Positions 1 to 10,803 are shown, counted from the first letter of the stretch. The stretch is DNA of 33,615 bases from Candidatus Poribacteria bacterium (GCA_046582655.1 JAYGDX010000298.1:1-33615), one strand, 5' to 3'. Notes: generated by a model from the sequence alone, not told the origin. Numbers and translations are program-made.

Positions 1-141
1 CCTGATGGAGCGTTTCTTCAATAGAATTAAACAGTTTCGCCGTATTGCCAGGCGCTATGAAAAGCTTGATCGCAACTTCATGTCTAGGCTCAACTTGGTG
101 TGTACCATTATCTGCTTGGCGTGAATGTTAACAGGCCCTAG
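1..141 (+). mobile_element. Right end of an IS5-family (IS427-group-like) insertion sequence: transposase C-terminus (2..124) plus terminus ACAGGCC and CTAG target
   Basis: The frame from nt 2 reads LMERFFNRIKQFRRIARRYEKLDRNFMSRLNLVCTIICLA*, the typical ERFFxxxKxFRRIAxRYxK C-terminus of IS5/IS427 transposases. It is followed at once by ACAGGCCCTAG (132-141, CTAG at 138-141). Truncated by the window edge. Confidence 0.85.
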
Positions 142-391
142 ACAACTGTGGGTAAACCTACAAACAGTTGATTAGGATTAAATCTGTGGATGACTATTGA
201 AAGAATGTAAATGTCAGCGCAAAATCCTCTTGGTTACCACCGCTATTTCGGACTTAATTATTTCATGTTTTACCACTTAATACCAAACGAACCTAGGTCA
301 GTAACTAGTCTTTAACACCACCGAGAATATTCTCTGGGTATAGGCATATTGTCAATTTAAATACTGTATTAGGATAGGATAAAATTTCGTC

Positions 392-2458
392 GTGAATAGC
401 AAAAAGGATTGTGGATTGCCCAATCAAGATCCTAATCAGGTGGATGCTGAAGAAGATTTACAAAAAGCTATTGGTTTTCACCAGGCCGGGAAATTGCGAC
501 AAGCTGAACTTGTATGTCAACAGATACTTCAAATTCATCCCTGGAATGTTAACACGCTCCACCTATTAGGCGTCATTGCTTATCAGGTTGAAAATTTCGA
601 GATAGCAGGTGATTTAATCGGACAAGCGATAGAGGTAGAGCCAAACCAGTCATCATTCTTTTTTAGCCTCGGTCTTGTATTAAAAAAGCAAGGAAAATTG
701 GCAGAAGCCGTTAATGCCTACTACAAAGTCCTTGAAATTGACCCAAACAATGCTGATGCTTATAACAACCTTGGGAATATACTTGGTTCATCTGGAAAAT
801 TAGAAGAAGCAGTTGACACCTATCGTAAAGCTCTGGAAATCAATCCTAATGACATCAAGATATATAATAATCTTAGTTTGGCGTTGAAGAGACAAGGGAA
901 ATTGGCAGAAGCTATCGATACTTATCATAAGGTTCTGGAGATTGATTCCACTGATGTTGGAACCTACCGTAATCTTGGTATGGTATTAGCAGAGCAAGGC
1001 GAATTAGAGGAGGCTATTAACGCTTATTGCAAAGCTCTGGAAATCGATTCCACTGACGCTGGAACTCACAATAATTTTGGCATTATACTAAAGGAACAGG
1101 GCAAATTAGAAGAAGCTATTGATGCTTATTGCAAAGCACTTGAGATTGCACCAGGCTATGCTGATGCCTACAATAATTTGGGAAATGTGCTCCAGTTGCA
1201 AGGAAATTTCGAGGAGGCTGTGGTTGTGTATCAGAAAGCTTTGGAAATCAATCCTAATGATGCTAGGACACACAACAATCTCGGTGTTACAAAGCAAAAA
1301 CAAAAAAAATTGGTAGAAGCTATTGATGCTTATTATAAAGCACTCTCGATTACACCAGGCTATGCTGATGCCTACAATAATTTGGGAAATGTGCTCCAGT
1401 TGCAAGGAAATTTCGAGGAGGCCATGGTAGTGTATCAGAAAGCTTTGGAAATCAATTCACAATTTTCCGAAGCTCATAAGAATCTTGGAATGCTATTGCT
1501 GTTGACTGGAGAGTTTGAGCACGGATGGAAAAAATATGAGTGGCGATGGGAATGCCATGATTTTCCTTCCGAAAATCGAAACTTTCCTCAATCAGCTTGG
1601 GATGGAACGAACCTTAGCGGCAAGTCTATCCTTGTTTGGACCGAGCAAGGAATCGGCGATGAAATCATGTTTGCCAACATGCTCGATACGCTCTCTCAAA
1701 TGGAGGTCAAGATTATTGCTGAATGTGAAGAACGACTCGTTCCCCTGTTCCAACGCTCCTTTCCTAAAATCCAATTTGTTTCTCGAGAACCGAAACCCAA
1801 CCCGATATTGCTAGATAAGAATATCGACTACCAAGTTCCAATAGGCAGTTTGGCGCAGTGGCTGAGGACAGATGAGAGCCAATTTCCAAACAAAGGACCT
1901 TATTTATCAGCCTCATCGGAGAAGGTCTCACAGTTAAGGGACAAGTATGAAGAACTAACAAATGATAAATTGCTCGTTGGTATCTCGTGGAAAAGTATTA
2001 ATCACGGAATTAAAAAGGAAAAAAGTACCATTCTGGAAAATTGGACACCAATTCTATCTCAACCAGATTGTTTCTTTGTTAATTTGCAATACGGAGATAT
2101 CAAGCAGGAAATTGGTGAATATCGTTCTGCAACAGGAATTCTGATATACATGGATCAGGAAATAAATCCATTAACAAATTTAGATGATTTTGCCGCACAG
2201 ATATCGGCACTTGATCTGATTATCTCTATATCCAATACAACAGTACACATGTCCGGAGCATTGGGCAAGGAAGTCTGGACCCTGCTGCCTTATATACCCG
2301 ACTGGCGATGGATGTTGGAACGAGAGGATACGCCCTGGTATCCAACAATGAAATTATTCCGGCAAAATCAGATAAATGATTGGAGCAATGTCTTTCAACA
2401 AGTTAGCTTGGCATTAAAACTGCATATAAAAAATGTGAACCCTAGTGTGAAAGGATAA
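392..2458 (+). CDS. TPR-repeat protein with C-terminal GT-B (GT9-like) glycosyltransferase domain
   Basis: About 10 tandem 34-aa TPRs (AYNNLG...G...EA...Y.KALEI.P), then motifs EQGIGDEIMF, LDLIISISNTTVHMSGALG, DWRW and TPWYP typical of TPR-glycosyltransferases. GTG start. Confidence 0.85.
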   Translation: MNSKKDCGLPNQDPNQVDAEEDLQKAIGFHQAGKLRQAELVCQQILQIHPWNVNTLHLLGVIAYQVENFEIAGDLIGQAIEVEPNQSSFFFSLGLVLKKQGKLAEAVNAYYKVLEIDPNNADAYNNLGNILGSSGKLEEAVDTYRKALEINPNDIKIYNNLSLALKRQGKLAEAIDTYHKVLEIDSTDVGTYRNLGMVLAEQGELEEAINAYCKALEIDSTDAGTHNNFGIILKEQGKLEEAIDAYCKALEIAPGYADAYNNLGNVLQLQGNFEEAVVVYQKALEINPNDARTHNNLGVTKQKQKKLVEAIDAYYKALSITPGYADAYNNLGNVLQLQGNFEEAMVVYQKALEINSQFSEAHKNLGMLLLLTGEFEHGWKKYEWRWECHDFPSENRNFPQSAWDGTNLSGKSILVWTEQGIGDEIMFANMLDTLSQMEVKIIAECEERLVPLFQRSFPKIQFVSREPKPNPILLDKNIDYQVPIGSLAQWLRTDESQFPNKGPYLSASSEKVSQLRDKYEELTNDKLLVGISWKSINHGIKKEKSTILENWTPILSQPDCFFVNLQYGDIKQEIGEYRSATGILIYMDQEINPLTNLDDFAAQISALDLIISISNTTVHMSGALGKEVWTLLPYIPDWRWMLEREDTPWYPTMKLFRQNQINDWSNVFQQVSLALKLHIKNVNPSVKG
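1149..1422 (+). repeat. Intragenic direct repeat: identical 70-nt blocks 204 nt (two TPR units) apart
   Basis: 1149-1218 equals 1353-1422 (CACCAGGCTATGCTGATGCC...TTTCGAGGAGGC). Near-identity extends further on both sides. Confidence 0.9.
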
Positions 2459-2464
2459 AATTAA

Positions 2465-3442
2465 TTGTCTAAAACATCTTTCTTAAACCGGCTAAAAATT
2501 GTGGTTCCTGGAGATGATCCTCCACAGATACAGACATCTCCACATTTAGAGCGCTTAACGCCTTACGGTGATGTTGTTTTGTATACTGATCGTCCGATAA
2601 CTTCCACAGAGAAAGTGAATCGGGCAAAGGAGGCGGACATTTTAATTAATAGCCGCGGAATGGTGAATTGGACAGCTCCAATTCTTCGTCAACTATCTAA
2701 ACTTCAAATGATTACCACATGTTCAATTGGCACTGACATGATTGATTTGCAGGTTGCAAAAGAACTTGGCGTTGTTGTCTGTAACCAACCGGGGCGAACC
2801 GCACCAGTTGTGGCTGAGCATGCCTTTGGGTTGATGTTTGCCTTGGCTAAACGAACTGCATTTCATACCGCGGAAACAAAAGCCGGACGATGGAACCGTA
2901 TAGATAATATTTTCTTGCGTAACAAAGTGTTGGGAATTGTAGGTACAGGAAATACCGGATCTGAGATGATTAAACTTGGCCGGGCGGTTGGAATGAATGT
3001 TATTGCCTGGACCCTTCATCCCTCACAGGAAAAGGCAGATCGACTTGGTATTCAGTATGTTAGTTTCGAGAAATTACTCCAGACAGCAGATGTGATTAGT
3101 CTTCACATTAAATTGACCGATGAAAGCAGACATTTAATCGGTAAGCAAGAATTGGAGTTGATGAAACAGGGCGCATTGTTGATAAATTGTGCTCGTGGTG
3201 AGGTTGTTCAAACTAGTGCATTGGTTGAGGCGCTGGATGCCGGACATCTCGGTGGAGCAGGCATCGATGTCTATGACCAAGAACCTCCACCTCCTGATTA
3301 TCCTCTTTTGGCCTGCAAGCAGGTTATTCTGACCCCGCATTGTGCTGACATGACACCAGAAGGAGTGGATCTACTCAATGAAGGTGCTGTCGATAACATT
3401 ATTTCGTATTTAGAAGGCTGTCCGAAAAATGTCGTTGCGTGA
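2465..3442 (+). CDS. D-isomer-specific 2-hydroxyacid dehydrogenase (SerA/glycerate dehydrogenase-like)
   Basis: VAEHAFGL, Rossmann motif GIVGTGNTG, DVISLH, LINCARG, DVYDQEP and LTPH (catalytic Arg/Glu/His). TTG start 6 nt after the TPR gene. Confidence 0.9.
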   Translation: MSKTSFLNRLKIVVPGDDPPQIQTSPHLERLTPYGDVVLYTDRPITSTEKVNRAKEADILINSRGMVNWTAPILRQLSKLQMITTCSIGTDMIDLQVAKELGVVVCNQPGRTAPVVAEHAFGLMFALAKRTAFHTAETKAGRWNRIDNIFLRNKVLGIVGTGNTGSEMIKLGRAVGMNVIAWTLHPSQEKADRLGIQYVSFEKLLQTADVISLHIKLTDESRHLIGKQELELMKQGALLINCARGEVVQTSALVEALDAGHLGGAGIDVYDQEPPPPDYPLLACKQVILTPHCADMTPEGVDLLNEGAVDNIISYLEGCPKNVVA

Positions 3443-4234
3443 TTGTTGACAAAATCGCTCGTCAGTTTAGGTTCCTTGTTTCTCTTATCAACACCGTATT
3501 TGCCCGAAGGTCTTCTTTGTAATACTTTAGTGAGACACAGTCATTACGGAATGTAGTAATACCGGGTTATACCACCATAAGGCAAAAAGTAGTTCCAAAG
3601 AGAGACCAAATATCGCTAAATTAATCAACAAACAGGCCTAGAAGACAAGCCAGACAGATCATTTTGACACAAAAGTCAATTCGAAGCGTTACATAACTTT
3701 CAAGGTAGGATTGGAGAATAAAGGCGCCAACTGTTTAAGAATTTAGTTGGTATCCAGCAGCGCTATTACCCCATACCCGATTTGTTCCAGACGCGAGTTT
3801 TAAGCAGAAGTAGTCGCTGAGGCACCAATTTCTGCACAGCATAGGCTCATCAAACATTAACTACCAGTGGTACGCCTATTGCTCGTTTCATTAGCATCAC
3901 ACATTTCTTTGTCTTGCCACAAGTGTTTGGGTAGTTTTGTTCTCCTCTATACCTGACACTTGAATTCCTTGTGCCTCTAAATTACTCGATTGATATATTG
4001 TTCTATTCTGTTTTGATTCATTAAATATGGTAGCTTGGACACTTGAAAATGTGAAGACGATATATGGCACGGAATAAATTAAGATGATTTTAATCACTTT
4101 TAATTTATCTATTTGCCTTGTAACATGGAAGTTAATTTTCACCTGTGTTTGTAGTGATCTCAACAATAGCATCCGAGGTGGAATGATCGTTTACATGTAT
4201 ATTAAAATAATCAGAAGTAGTCCAAGGAAGACAT

Positions 4235-6052
4235 ATGAGCATTGATAGATTAAATTATTGGATTAGCAGAAATGCATTGAACGCCGATGAAATAGATAGT
4301 AACCAGTTTTTAAAAGCAGCATGTCGATACGGAGATACCGCGATACAGTACGGAAGGGATAGATACAGTGGCAAAGATATGCCTCTCTTTGCAGACTGCA
4401 TACACACGGAGCATTTAAGGGCTCCTAGATCCATGACATCTCACCGCACCGGAACCGAGCTGGAGCCAACGGTCTGGAGTTTTTTCCACAACCAGCAGAA
4501 CCTGATAAGACTACTGGCTTCCTTGAGCCAGTTCACTGGGGACGACAAATATGTCAACGCTGTCGGAGAAGCCACCGAATACATGTTCAACAATTACTGG
4601 TACGAGGAAAGCGGCCTTCTGCACTGGGGAAGTCATGGCTATGTGGATTTGGTAACCGGTAATACGTACGGGATGAAAGGGGTTGTCAACGAAATAGAGG
4701 ATGTATATCCCTACTGGGAATTCCTGAGGGCTGTTAATCCTGAACGGGGCGAAATGCTCATAAAAGGTATTTGGGAGGCAAATATCAAGGATTGGAACGC
4801 GTTACACTACAACCGACACGGTGATTTCAAAAAGCAGGTTGATCATGCAAACACATGGAATAGATTTTGGGATGGGTACAGGGATCCGGATATAAACAGC
4901 GATCTTTCGTTCATAAGCGTTGCGCTGGATCTTGCTTACGCTGCATACAGTCTAGGATATCAAAAACAGGAGGAAGCTCCGCGGATCTGGGCGGAACGAT
5001 TATTGAATTTGATTATTAGACAGCGGGACCCGGAGACTGGTATCTGGCCCAATCTCGTACATCCGCAAATCTCCAAACGAGGGCTCAACGTTTTCGGCAG
5101 AAAATATCCGCAGGCTACCGAACCGAGAGTCTATGTAGGTAATCAATTGAACCATACGATTACCCAGATGATGGGGATGCTTGCAATCGTGGAAAACGCC
5201 CAAAAGTACAGCCGTATAGGCGAAATGGCTCACATAAAAGAGGCTATTGAGAAGCACATCATCGGTTTCTTGAACGCCTCGTACGATAAGGAAAGCAATA
5301 AGCTGAGAAGCATCATTATCGATGGGACGGATCTAACGGAGTTTCATATAGAGGGCCCTTTTAGGTTGGAGGAGCTCTACTTTGGAGCTAGGGAAGGAGG
5401 AGCTTTCCTGCCCCAAAGAATTACCCCTCTCTACACCTCTGTTTGCGCCCGAGGGTATCGGGTTTCCGGTGGAAGAAGGGAGTTCAGAGATTACCTACGA
5501 GACATGCTCAAAGCCGTCGGAATTGGAGACATCGGCGCCGAAAAAAGCAGCGAACCGATCTTGAATTTTAGCACAAGCGCTTTAGAACCCGCCTATATCT
5601 TTGCGCTGGTTGATCTGTACCGGGTGGAACCAAGGGCGGAGTTCCTGGAAATGGTGGAACGAATTGGTGACAACCTGCTCGAAGCCAGACAGCATCCCGA
5701 TAGCGGTCTTTTTACTCTGGAAGATAATTTTATTATCCAAAATCCCGTCATGGACAAACTGGAGCTCCAGAATCCTTACGAAGGGAAAAGCGTGATCGAG
5801 ATTTTGGAAGATAATCATAAAACAGCTAATCTTGATTCGATGGAACCTCTGGCTCTACTCAGCGTCTACGCGGCACAAACCGGACAATATGATATCATGC
5901 CTGGCTGGACGGCGGGTGGTCTTTACCTGAAGGTAAGCAGCGTCGGCCATATTGTGGGCAAAGAAATCCAGCTATGGTTTGATAAACCAGCACTAAAACA
6001 GTTTTACAAGGACAATAATATCGACTGCACTTGGAGTGTCAACGGAGATTGA
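4235..6052 (+). CDS. Polysaccharide lyase family 2 (pectate lyase 2, PelW/YePL2-like); no evident signal peptide
   Basis: NQQNLIRLLASLSQFTGDDKY, SGLLHWGSHGYVDL, NEIEDVYPYW and IKGIWEANIKDW...NRHGDF parallel the PL2 motifs QQNLMR..SGLS, SGLLYWGGH.FVDL, HELK..YPYY and GFWNAH..DW..SRHG. AAGGAAG RBS upstream. Confidence 0.75.
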   Translation: MSIDRLNYWISRNALNADEIDSNQFLKAACRYGDTAIQYGRDRYSGKDMPLFADCIHTEHLRAPRSMTSHRTGTELEPTVWSFFHNQQNLIRLLASLSQFTGDDKYVNAVGEATEYMFNNYWYEESGLLHWGSHGYVDLVTGNTYGMKGVVNEIEDVYPYWEFLRAVNPERGEMLIKGIWEANIKDWNALHYNRHGDFKKQVDHANTWNRFWDGYRDPDINSDLSFISVALDLAYAAYSLGYQKQEEAPRIWAERLLNLIIRQRDPETGIWPNLVHPQISKRGLNVFGRKYPQATEPRVYVGNQLNHTITQMMGMLAIVENAQKYSRIGEMAHIKEAIEKHIIGFLNASYDKESNKLRSIIIDGTDLTEFHIEGPFRLEELYFGAREGGAFLPQRITPLYTSVCARGYRVSGGRREFRDYLRDMLKAVGIGDIGAEKSSEPILNFSTSALEPAYIFALVDLYRVEPRAEFLEMVERIGDNLLEARQHPDSGLFTLEDNFIIQNPVMDKLELQNPYEGKSVIEILEDNHKTANLDSMEPLALLSVYAAQTGQYDIMPGWTAGGLYLKVSSVGHIVGKEIQLWFDKPALKQFYKDNNIDCTWSVNGD

Positions 6053-6089
6053 GCAGGACGGAACTGATCAGTAGCTTTACGAACCTGGC

Positions 6090-8986
6090 TCATTCGGCTT
6101 GAATTTCGATTCGTTCCTTTGAACTTACGTCTTCAATCCGAAGAAAGTCTCCTCCTGAAACTTGGTATTGACGACTATCTGGGCTACCTGAAACCCGATA
6201 CATTCCGGCGTTGAGCCCCTTTATTATTACTCTGTAGTTATTTCAGGTGCTGGCGCTGCCAACTGGATTCCGATGTTTCTTTTATCTTTGCTTATACTTA
6301 CTCCCATCATTTTGGCATTATCGGTTTCGAGCTTCACTCCAAGCGGACTATATTAGCTTTGAAACCGAAACCCGACCATGGCTCCAGTTGATATCCATCC
6401 TCTGTTTCGGATCCGGTGCATCCATAACCTGTCACCCCAAAGTGCTCATCAAACACCAAGGTGGAGCACAATAGGCTCAGGTTGCTGTTGAGACCGACAC
6501 CCAGTTCCAGTGACCGCGCTTCGTTCACGTAAAAATTGTATCTGGGGTGGTCCCTATCGACAGGATTAAAGCGCCACTCCCTACTATTATAGCCCTTTCC
6601 CTTTGAATCGACACAACACCAGTGTCCAAGGAGACTTCCATACGCCATCTGGAGCAGGTAATCGTCACCTGTAGCTCCATAGCGGTCCAGAAGAGGGTAC
6701 GCATGCAGAGAGGTAGTGTAATTCGATAAATTTGTTCAAAGCAGCATAACTGTACCATCTTGGATACCAGTCCTTTGTAGACAATATCATTCTCACAACC
6801 GTGTTCTTCAACTTCTCATTATTAACTAGCTTGGCGAGAACGTAGCAGGGGCTGTGGTTTGTGCTCGCACCTGGACCCAAGTATTCCGAGGAAAAGGGAT
6901 ATTCCTCGGTGATGAAATGTTCGCTGCGTTTTTCAAGCATACCCCTGAGTTCTTCCTCTTCTCCCGCCATCCCTTCTTCATCAAGGCCCCCAGAATATAT
7001 TCCAGCCTGAAAGACCCGAGGGGCGCATGACTCTCGGACATGTTTCCCCAAGTGTGCCGCTGAAAACCTCTGAACCGCAGATGGTCAGCATAGGTTGAAT
7101 CAAGGTATGAAGCCATGGCGGTTTTATATGCAAAGAAAAGGTATTCTTTATAAGACCGGCTAACTTTTATCTCCGTATGTTTTGCGATCCGATACATATT
7201 GTAATATATGTTGTAAGCATGCGGGTAATTGTAAATTCTCCAGGCGTAATCCCATCTTCTCCACGTCGTTTCTCGCCCGTCGTCATCAGTAATTAGAAAT
7301 TTTTTTATGGTATTAAAACCTGGCTTTCCCTGCAAAATCCCATACGTTTCATAGTTATCAAAGAGACTTGCTTTTACCGTAAAGGTCTCTCTGTTCTGAA
7401 GTTTGCCGTAAAGGAAATTTTCTATAAACTCATCGAGCGCTTTTACTTCATCGGCATTTAGGATAATAGGAGTTTTTCGCCGACAGAAAAACAGGAGGCG
7501 CGAAATTGCGGTCGTCGCTTCCTCCTATCTTGATGCTGTCCAGTCCGTGGGGCATCTCCAAGTCCACCATTTTTTCCAGGTCATTGTCCCAACTTCTAAA
7601 ACTATAGCAGCAGGGATCCTCAACATCCCTGACCTGCTGGTTTTTCGTAATAAAAGCGGCCCTTGCGTGAATCAACTCCTCCAACGGGGGTGTCCCATAG
7701 AACAATAGCGTGGTCCATTCGTCATCCCCGTAAGATATCCGGATCCTTAGCTCCTCCTTGCTCACACAAAGCGTGTAAATGTAGTGCCCGCCCAAGCACC
7801 CGCGGGTTCAACCGTCATTCCGTCATCCGCCTCAATACTGTGAATCGTCTTGGTACAGCGAAGCAGTAGCTTTCCTTCTCCATCCTGTGGAATGACCATT
7901 CCCGGGATGACCTTTACGTCGATCTTGCCGTTTTTGTAGAACTTTTCTTCAGATCGAGAATGTCCCTCGCCGCCTGAAAAACGAAGCTGAAGGATTTCTC
8001 ACTTCCCGGTTTTAAAACCAGGTCTCGGTGACAGTTTTCTCTCGGGATACAGGCTGCCGATTTGGAATACAAATAGACCAATGTGCCTTGGGTTTTCATC
8101 ATCGCCTCATGCCCGTATTCCCCCTCTTCTCCAATAGCTTCGACAAAAGTATCGCCGGCTGGCACGATCATGAGGTGATTCCCTTTGCCTCCATAGCGGA
8201 CTGCCGAGTAACAGGATGAGTGCCCCGCGGCGAGATAGTGCTTCTCAAATCGGTTTTCATTCAGGTATTTCTGATTCTCTACTGACCTGTGGTTGAGTCC
8301 AGCAACAGAGCTTCCCTTGTATACGCTCGTATTCAGAACCATCGGTATCCCAAGTTCCCCGATAACCACTGTCTCCGAAGCGCAATTTTTGACTGAAAAA
8401 TTCCAGTAAATCTTATCTCTCTCAAGTCGGTCAGTGCTCGTTACTCCGAAGTTCCTAAATCCGCCGACGTATTCCGAGTCCCCCTTTGTAGGAACAGGTG
8501 ATCGCATTCTCGGAGTACTCGATACTTCTGATGTCGTCGGAAAAGGAGCTATACATAGCATCCAGCTTTTCTTCGGCTTCAGTCTCGAGGCGAGCTTTGA
8601 GGAAAATATCTCCAGTCCATCCGTACATAGGAGCCCTACGGTCTATGTCTTTGACATAGCGCTCCCTCCAGGCGACATTTGTCGCCGTGTTTTCTTCGTT
8701 ACCCATAAAGTTCGCGTCGTTGAAATCATTTTTTAAATAGAGTCCTTGCAGGACTCCAGAAACATCATCAACGTCCTGGATGAAATAATCATTACTCAGC
8801 CGCCAGCAGGCTCCGTGGGGTTTGTAGAGGGCTATTCTTCTTTCCAGCATCTTCCCATCCTTATATTTGCATTTTACTATGTATCTCGCTATCAATTTTT
8901 CAGGTCATCGATGCCGGAATTAAGATAGATATTGTCGCTTGAAGCTACTTACAATGCAGGATACCTGACGCATCAGACTCGTGCAT
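6090..8986 (-). pseudogene. DUF5695-like putative glycoside hydrolase, broken by about 10 frameshifts
   Basis: The ORF fragments stitch into one collinear protein: IGELGIPMVLN, KIDVKVIPGMVIPQD, LDEFIENFLYGKLQ, WRIYNYPHAYNIYYNMYRIAK, YPFSSEY, WYSY, YPLLDRY..TGDDYLLQMAYGSLLG. ATG at 8986 has GGAGG at 8995-8999; the last frame ends in TGA at 6090-6092. Confidence 0.7.
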
Positions 8987-9060
8987 TAGACTATCCTCCA
9001 TACAGAATTAAAACTGGAAGACAGCTACCATTCAAATAAAGAATATGAACAATCTAGTAA

Positions 9061-9091
9061 TTGTATTTAAGTTTTTAACTCAAATACAGGT
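9061..9091. repeat. 31-bp intergenic repeat with 27-bp palindromic core, copy 1
   Basis: TTGTATTTAAGTTTTTAACTCAAATACAGGT. Arms TGTATTTAAGTT / AACTCAAATACA are complementary at 11 of 12 positions. Matches 13722-13752 at 29 of 31. Confidence 0.85.
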
Positions 9092-9311
9092 TTAAGCATT
9101 TGGTTTTGACTATTTTCCTTAGCTCATCGACCCAGTTTAGTGACTGCAGGGGACACTCAACCGCCCAAAACCCACCATATTCCTAACAGCACTATAAAAA
9201 ACACAATGCTAATTTATATTTTCGGCACAAAATTGAAATGCAAACTGTACGTAGTGAGGGTATTATTTCATAAGTTCCAATTATTTATGCAGATTAGTTT
9301 TGAGGTAAATT

Positions 9312-10160
9312 ATGAGCAAATTACATTTATCAGTTCTACTAGTTTCGCTTTTCCTTGGTTTTTCTCTATGCTCTGCGGTCACTGCAGATCCGATCATAGC
9401 AGATGGATTGGTTGCTTATTGGAGTTTTGATAAAGGCACAATCAACGATGCTATTATCAAGGATCAGTCGGATATAGGCCAAGACGCAAAAATCATCGGT
9501 ACGGTGAAAATAGCCAAAGGCAAGTTTGGTGATGCCGTCAAGTTTGATGGTAATCAAGCTAACTACATTCAAGGAGCTAAAAATCTAAAAAGTTTTAAGA
9601 AAAAGCCAACCAAAGCAATTAGCGTTGAAGTTTGGGTCATAGATGAAGGCTTTATTGAATGGGGTGGTTATGTTGTTTGTGCCCAAGACAACGGAAGTTT
9701 TGAAAAAGGTTGGGTTTTCGGTACCAATAATATAGTGAGTTTTGCTGTTTCAACCAAGGAACCAGATGATGGAAACGGTGTTTTGACCTATGTTAAACCC
9801 GCCAAAAATCCAAATCGAGGGGAATGGTTCCACCTGGCTGGCACCTATGATGGTGGAACGATAAAACTATACCTAAACGGAAAAGTTGTCGCTGAAAACA
9901 AAAACCATAAAGGCGACATCAACTATCCCAATGCAAAAGACGGAAATGGAGAGAACGATGCCGAATTGGTAATTGGTCAATATAGGGATAAAAACGAGTT
10001 CTTTCCACACAAGGGGCTGATCGATGAAGTTAAGATCTACGACCGAGCATTATCAGAAGCTGAAGTCAAGCATAATATGAAATCTTCAGGGTTATCGGTT
10101 GACGTTCGAAATAAATTGGCAACTCAATGGGCTGAGGTCAAAAACCTACATATTTGGTAA
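9312..10160 (+). CDS. Secreted LamG/ConA-like jellyroll domain protein with C-terminal KLATQW motif
   Basis: Signal peptide; GLVAYWSFD, GKFGDAVKFDG, WFHLAGTYDG, KLYLNG, GLIDEVKIYDRALSEAEV; tail LSVDVRNKLATQWAEVK. GAGGT RBS. Confidence 0.9.
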   Translation: MSKLHLSVLLVSLFLGFSLCSAVTADPIIADGLVAYWSFDKGTINDAIIKDQSDIGQDAKIIGTVKIAKGKFGDAVKFDGNQANYIQGAKNLKSFKKKPTKAISVEVWVIDEGFIEWGGYVVCAQDNGSFEKGWVFGTNNIVSFAVSTKEPDDGNGVLTYVKPAKNPNRGEWFHLAGTYDGGTIKLYLNGKVVAENKNHKGDINYPNAKDGNGENDAELVIGQYRDKNEFFPHKGLIDEVKIYDRALSEAEVKHNMKSSGLSVDVRNKLATQWAEVKNLHIW

Positions 10161-10340
10161 CCTGACGAATATCAGCTTCGCCACAGTTGATGAAGTGAAG
10201 CGAGTGCGTTAAAAAGAAACCAGATATTATTGCTGTCGTCTGATCGGCAGTCAAACACCTCCAAATAAGGTAAATGGATTTGCGTTTCGCCAGTAAAAAA
10301 GTTTTAATCTCAATACAATTTATATCTCTAATTAATTCCG

Positions 10341-10700
10341 CTAACTTTGCATTTCACGACCTATTTTCTTCAAAATAAAATTCACTAAATATCCAAGCAG
10401 CACACCAGTTGGCAGGAAAATAATTGAAACCAACACTAGGGTAAACACCAAGGCTATGCTATCAGTAGAACTTCCGAAAAAAAAGATACTAAGAGGATTT
10501 CTCCTTCTTAAAAAAGAATATCTCCTTGGACTATATATCTCAATCTCAAGGTTGTAGTGACGACTATCTCCTTTCTTGACTAAATTTCCTTCCACTAATT
10601 CTTCTTGAGTTGGGTACTCATTATAATATGTGTCAAGGTGAATAGACCCAATTTTTTTGATCTTAGCAAATATTTTCTTGTCTTTAATAGGACTTTTCAT
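10341..10700 (-). CDS. Hypothetical protein with one C-terminal TM helix; AT-rich, possibly 5'-truncated
   Basis: 119-aa ORF with hydrophobic stretch IALVFTLVLVSIIFLPTGVLLGYLV. No family recognised. Confidence 0.45.
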   Translation of the reverse strand: MKSPIKDKKIFAKIKKIGSIHLDTYYNEYPTQEELVEGNLVKKGDSRHYNLEIEIYSPRRYSFLRRRNPLSIFFFGSSTDSIALVFTLVLVSIIFLPTGVLLGYLVNFILKKIGREMQS

Positions 10701-10803
10701 TCAAACACCCTAAAGAGACCTAGCGATTGTCCTAGCGTTTAAATCTCTACTAAATTAAGTTCGCTATATTCAATTATCTTTTTTTATTTTCAGGGACATG
10801 TTT

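Noticed and set aside
1110..1460. Near-identical repeats as a DGR template/variable pair or a CRISPR array
   Set aside because: The spacing equals two TPR units within one ORF, mismatches are not adenine-specific, and no reverse transcriptase or spacers are seen.
3443..4234. AACAGGCCTAG (3631-3641) resembling the IS end at 131-141, and the 91-aa ORF 3897-4172
   Set aside because: No transposase similarity is adjacent and the ORF has no recognisable features. The region may be a decayed gene, but I cannot support a call.
10251..10709. TCAAACACC direct repeat flanking the 119-aa ORF as a target-site duplication
   Set aside because: Only 9 bp, both copies read as SD-like GGTG on the minus strand, and there are no inverted repeats inside.
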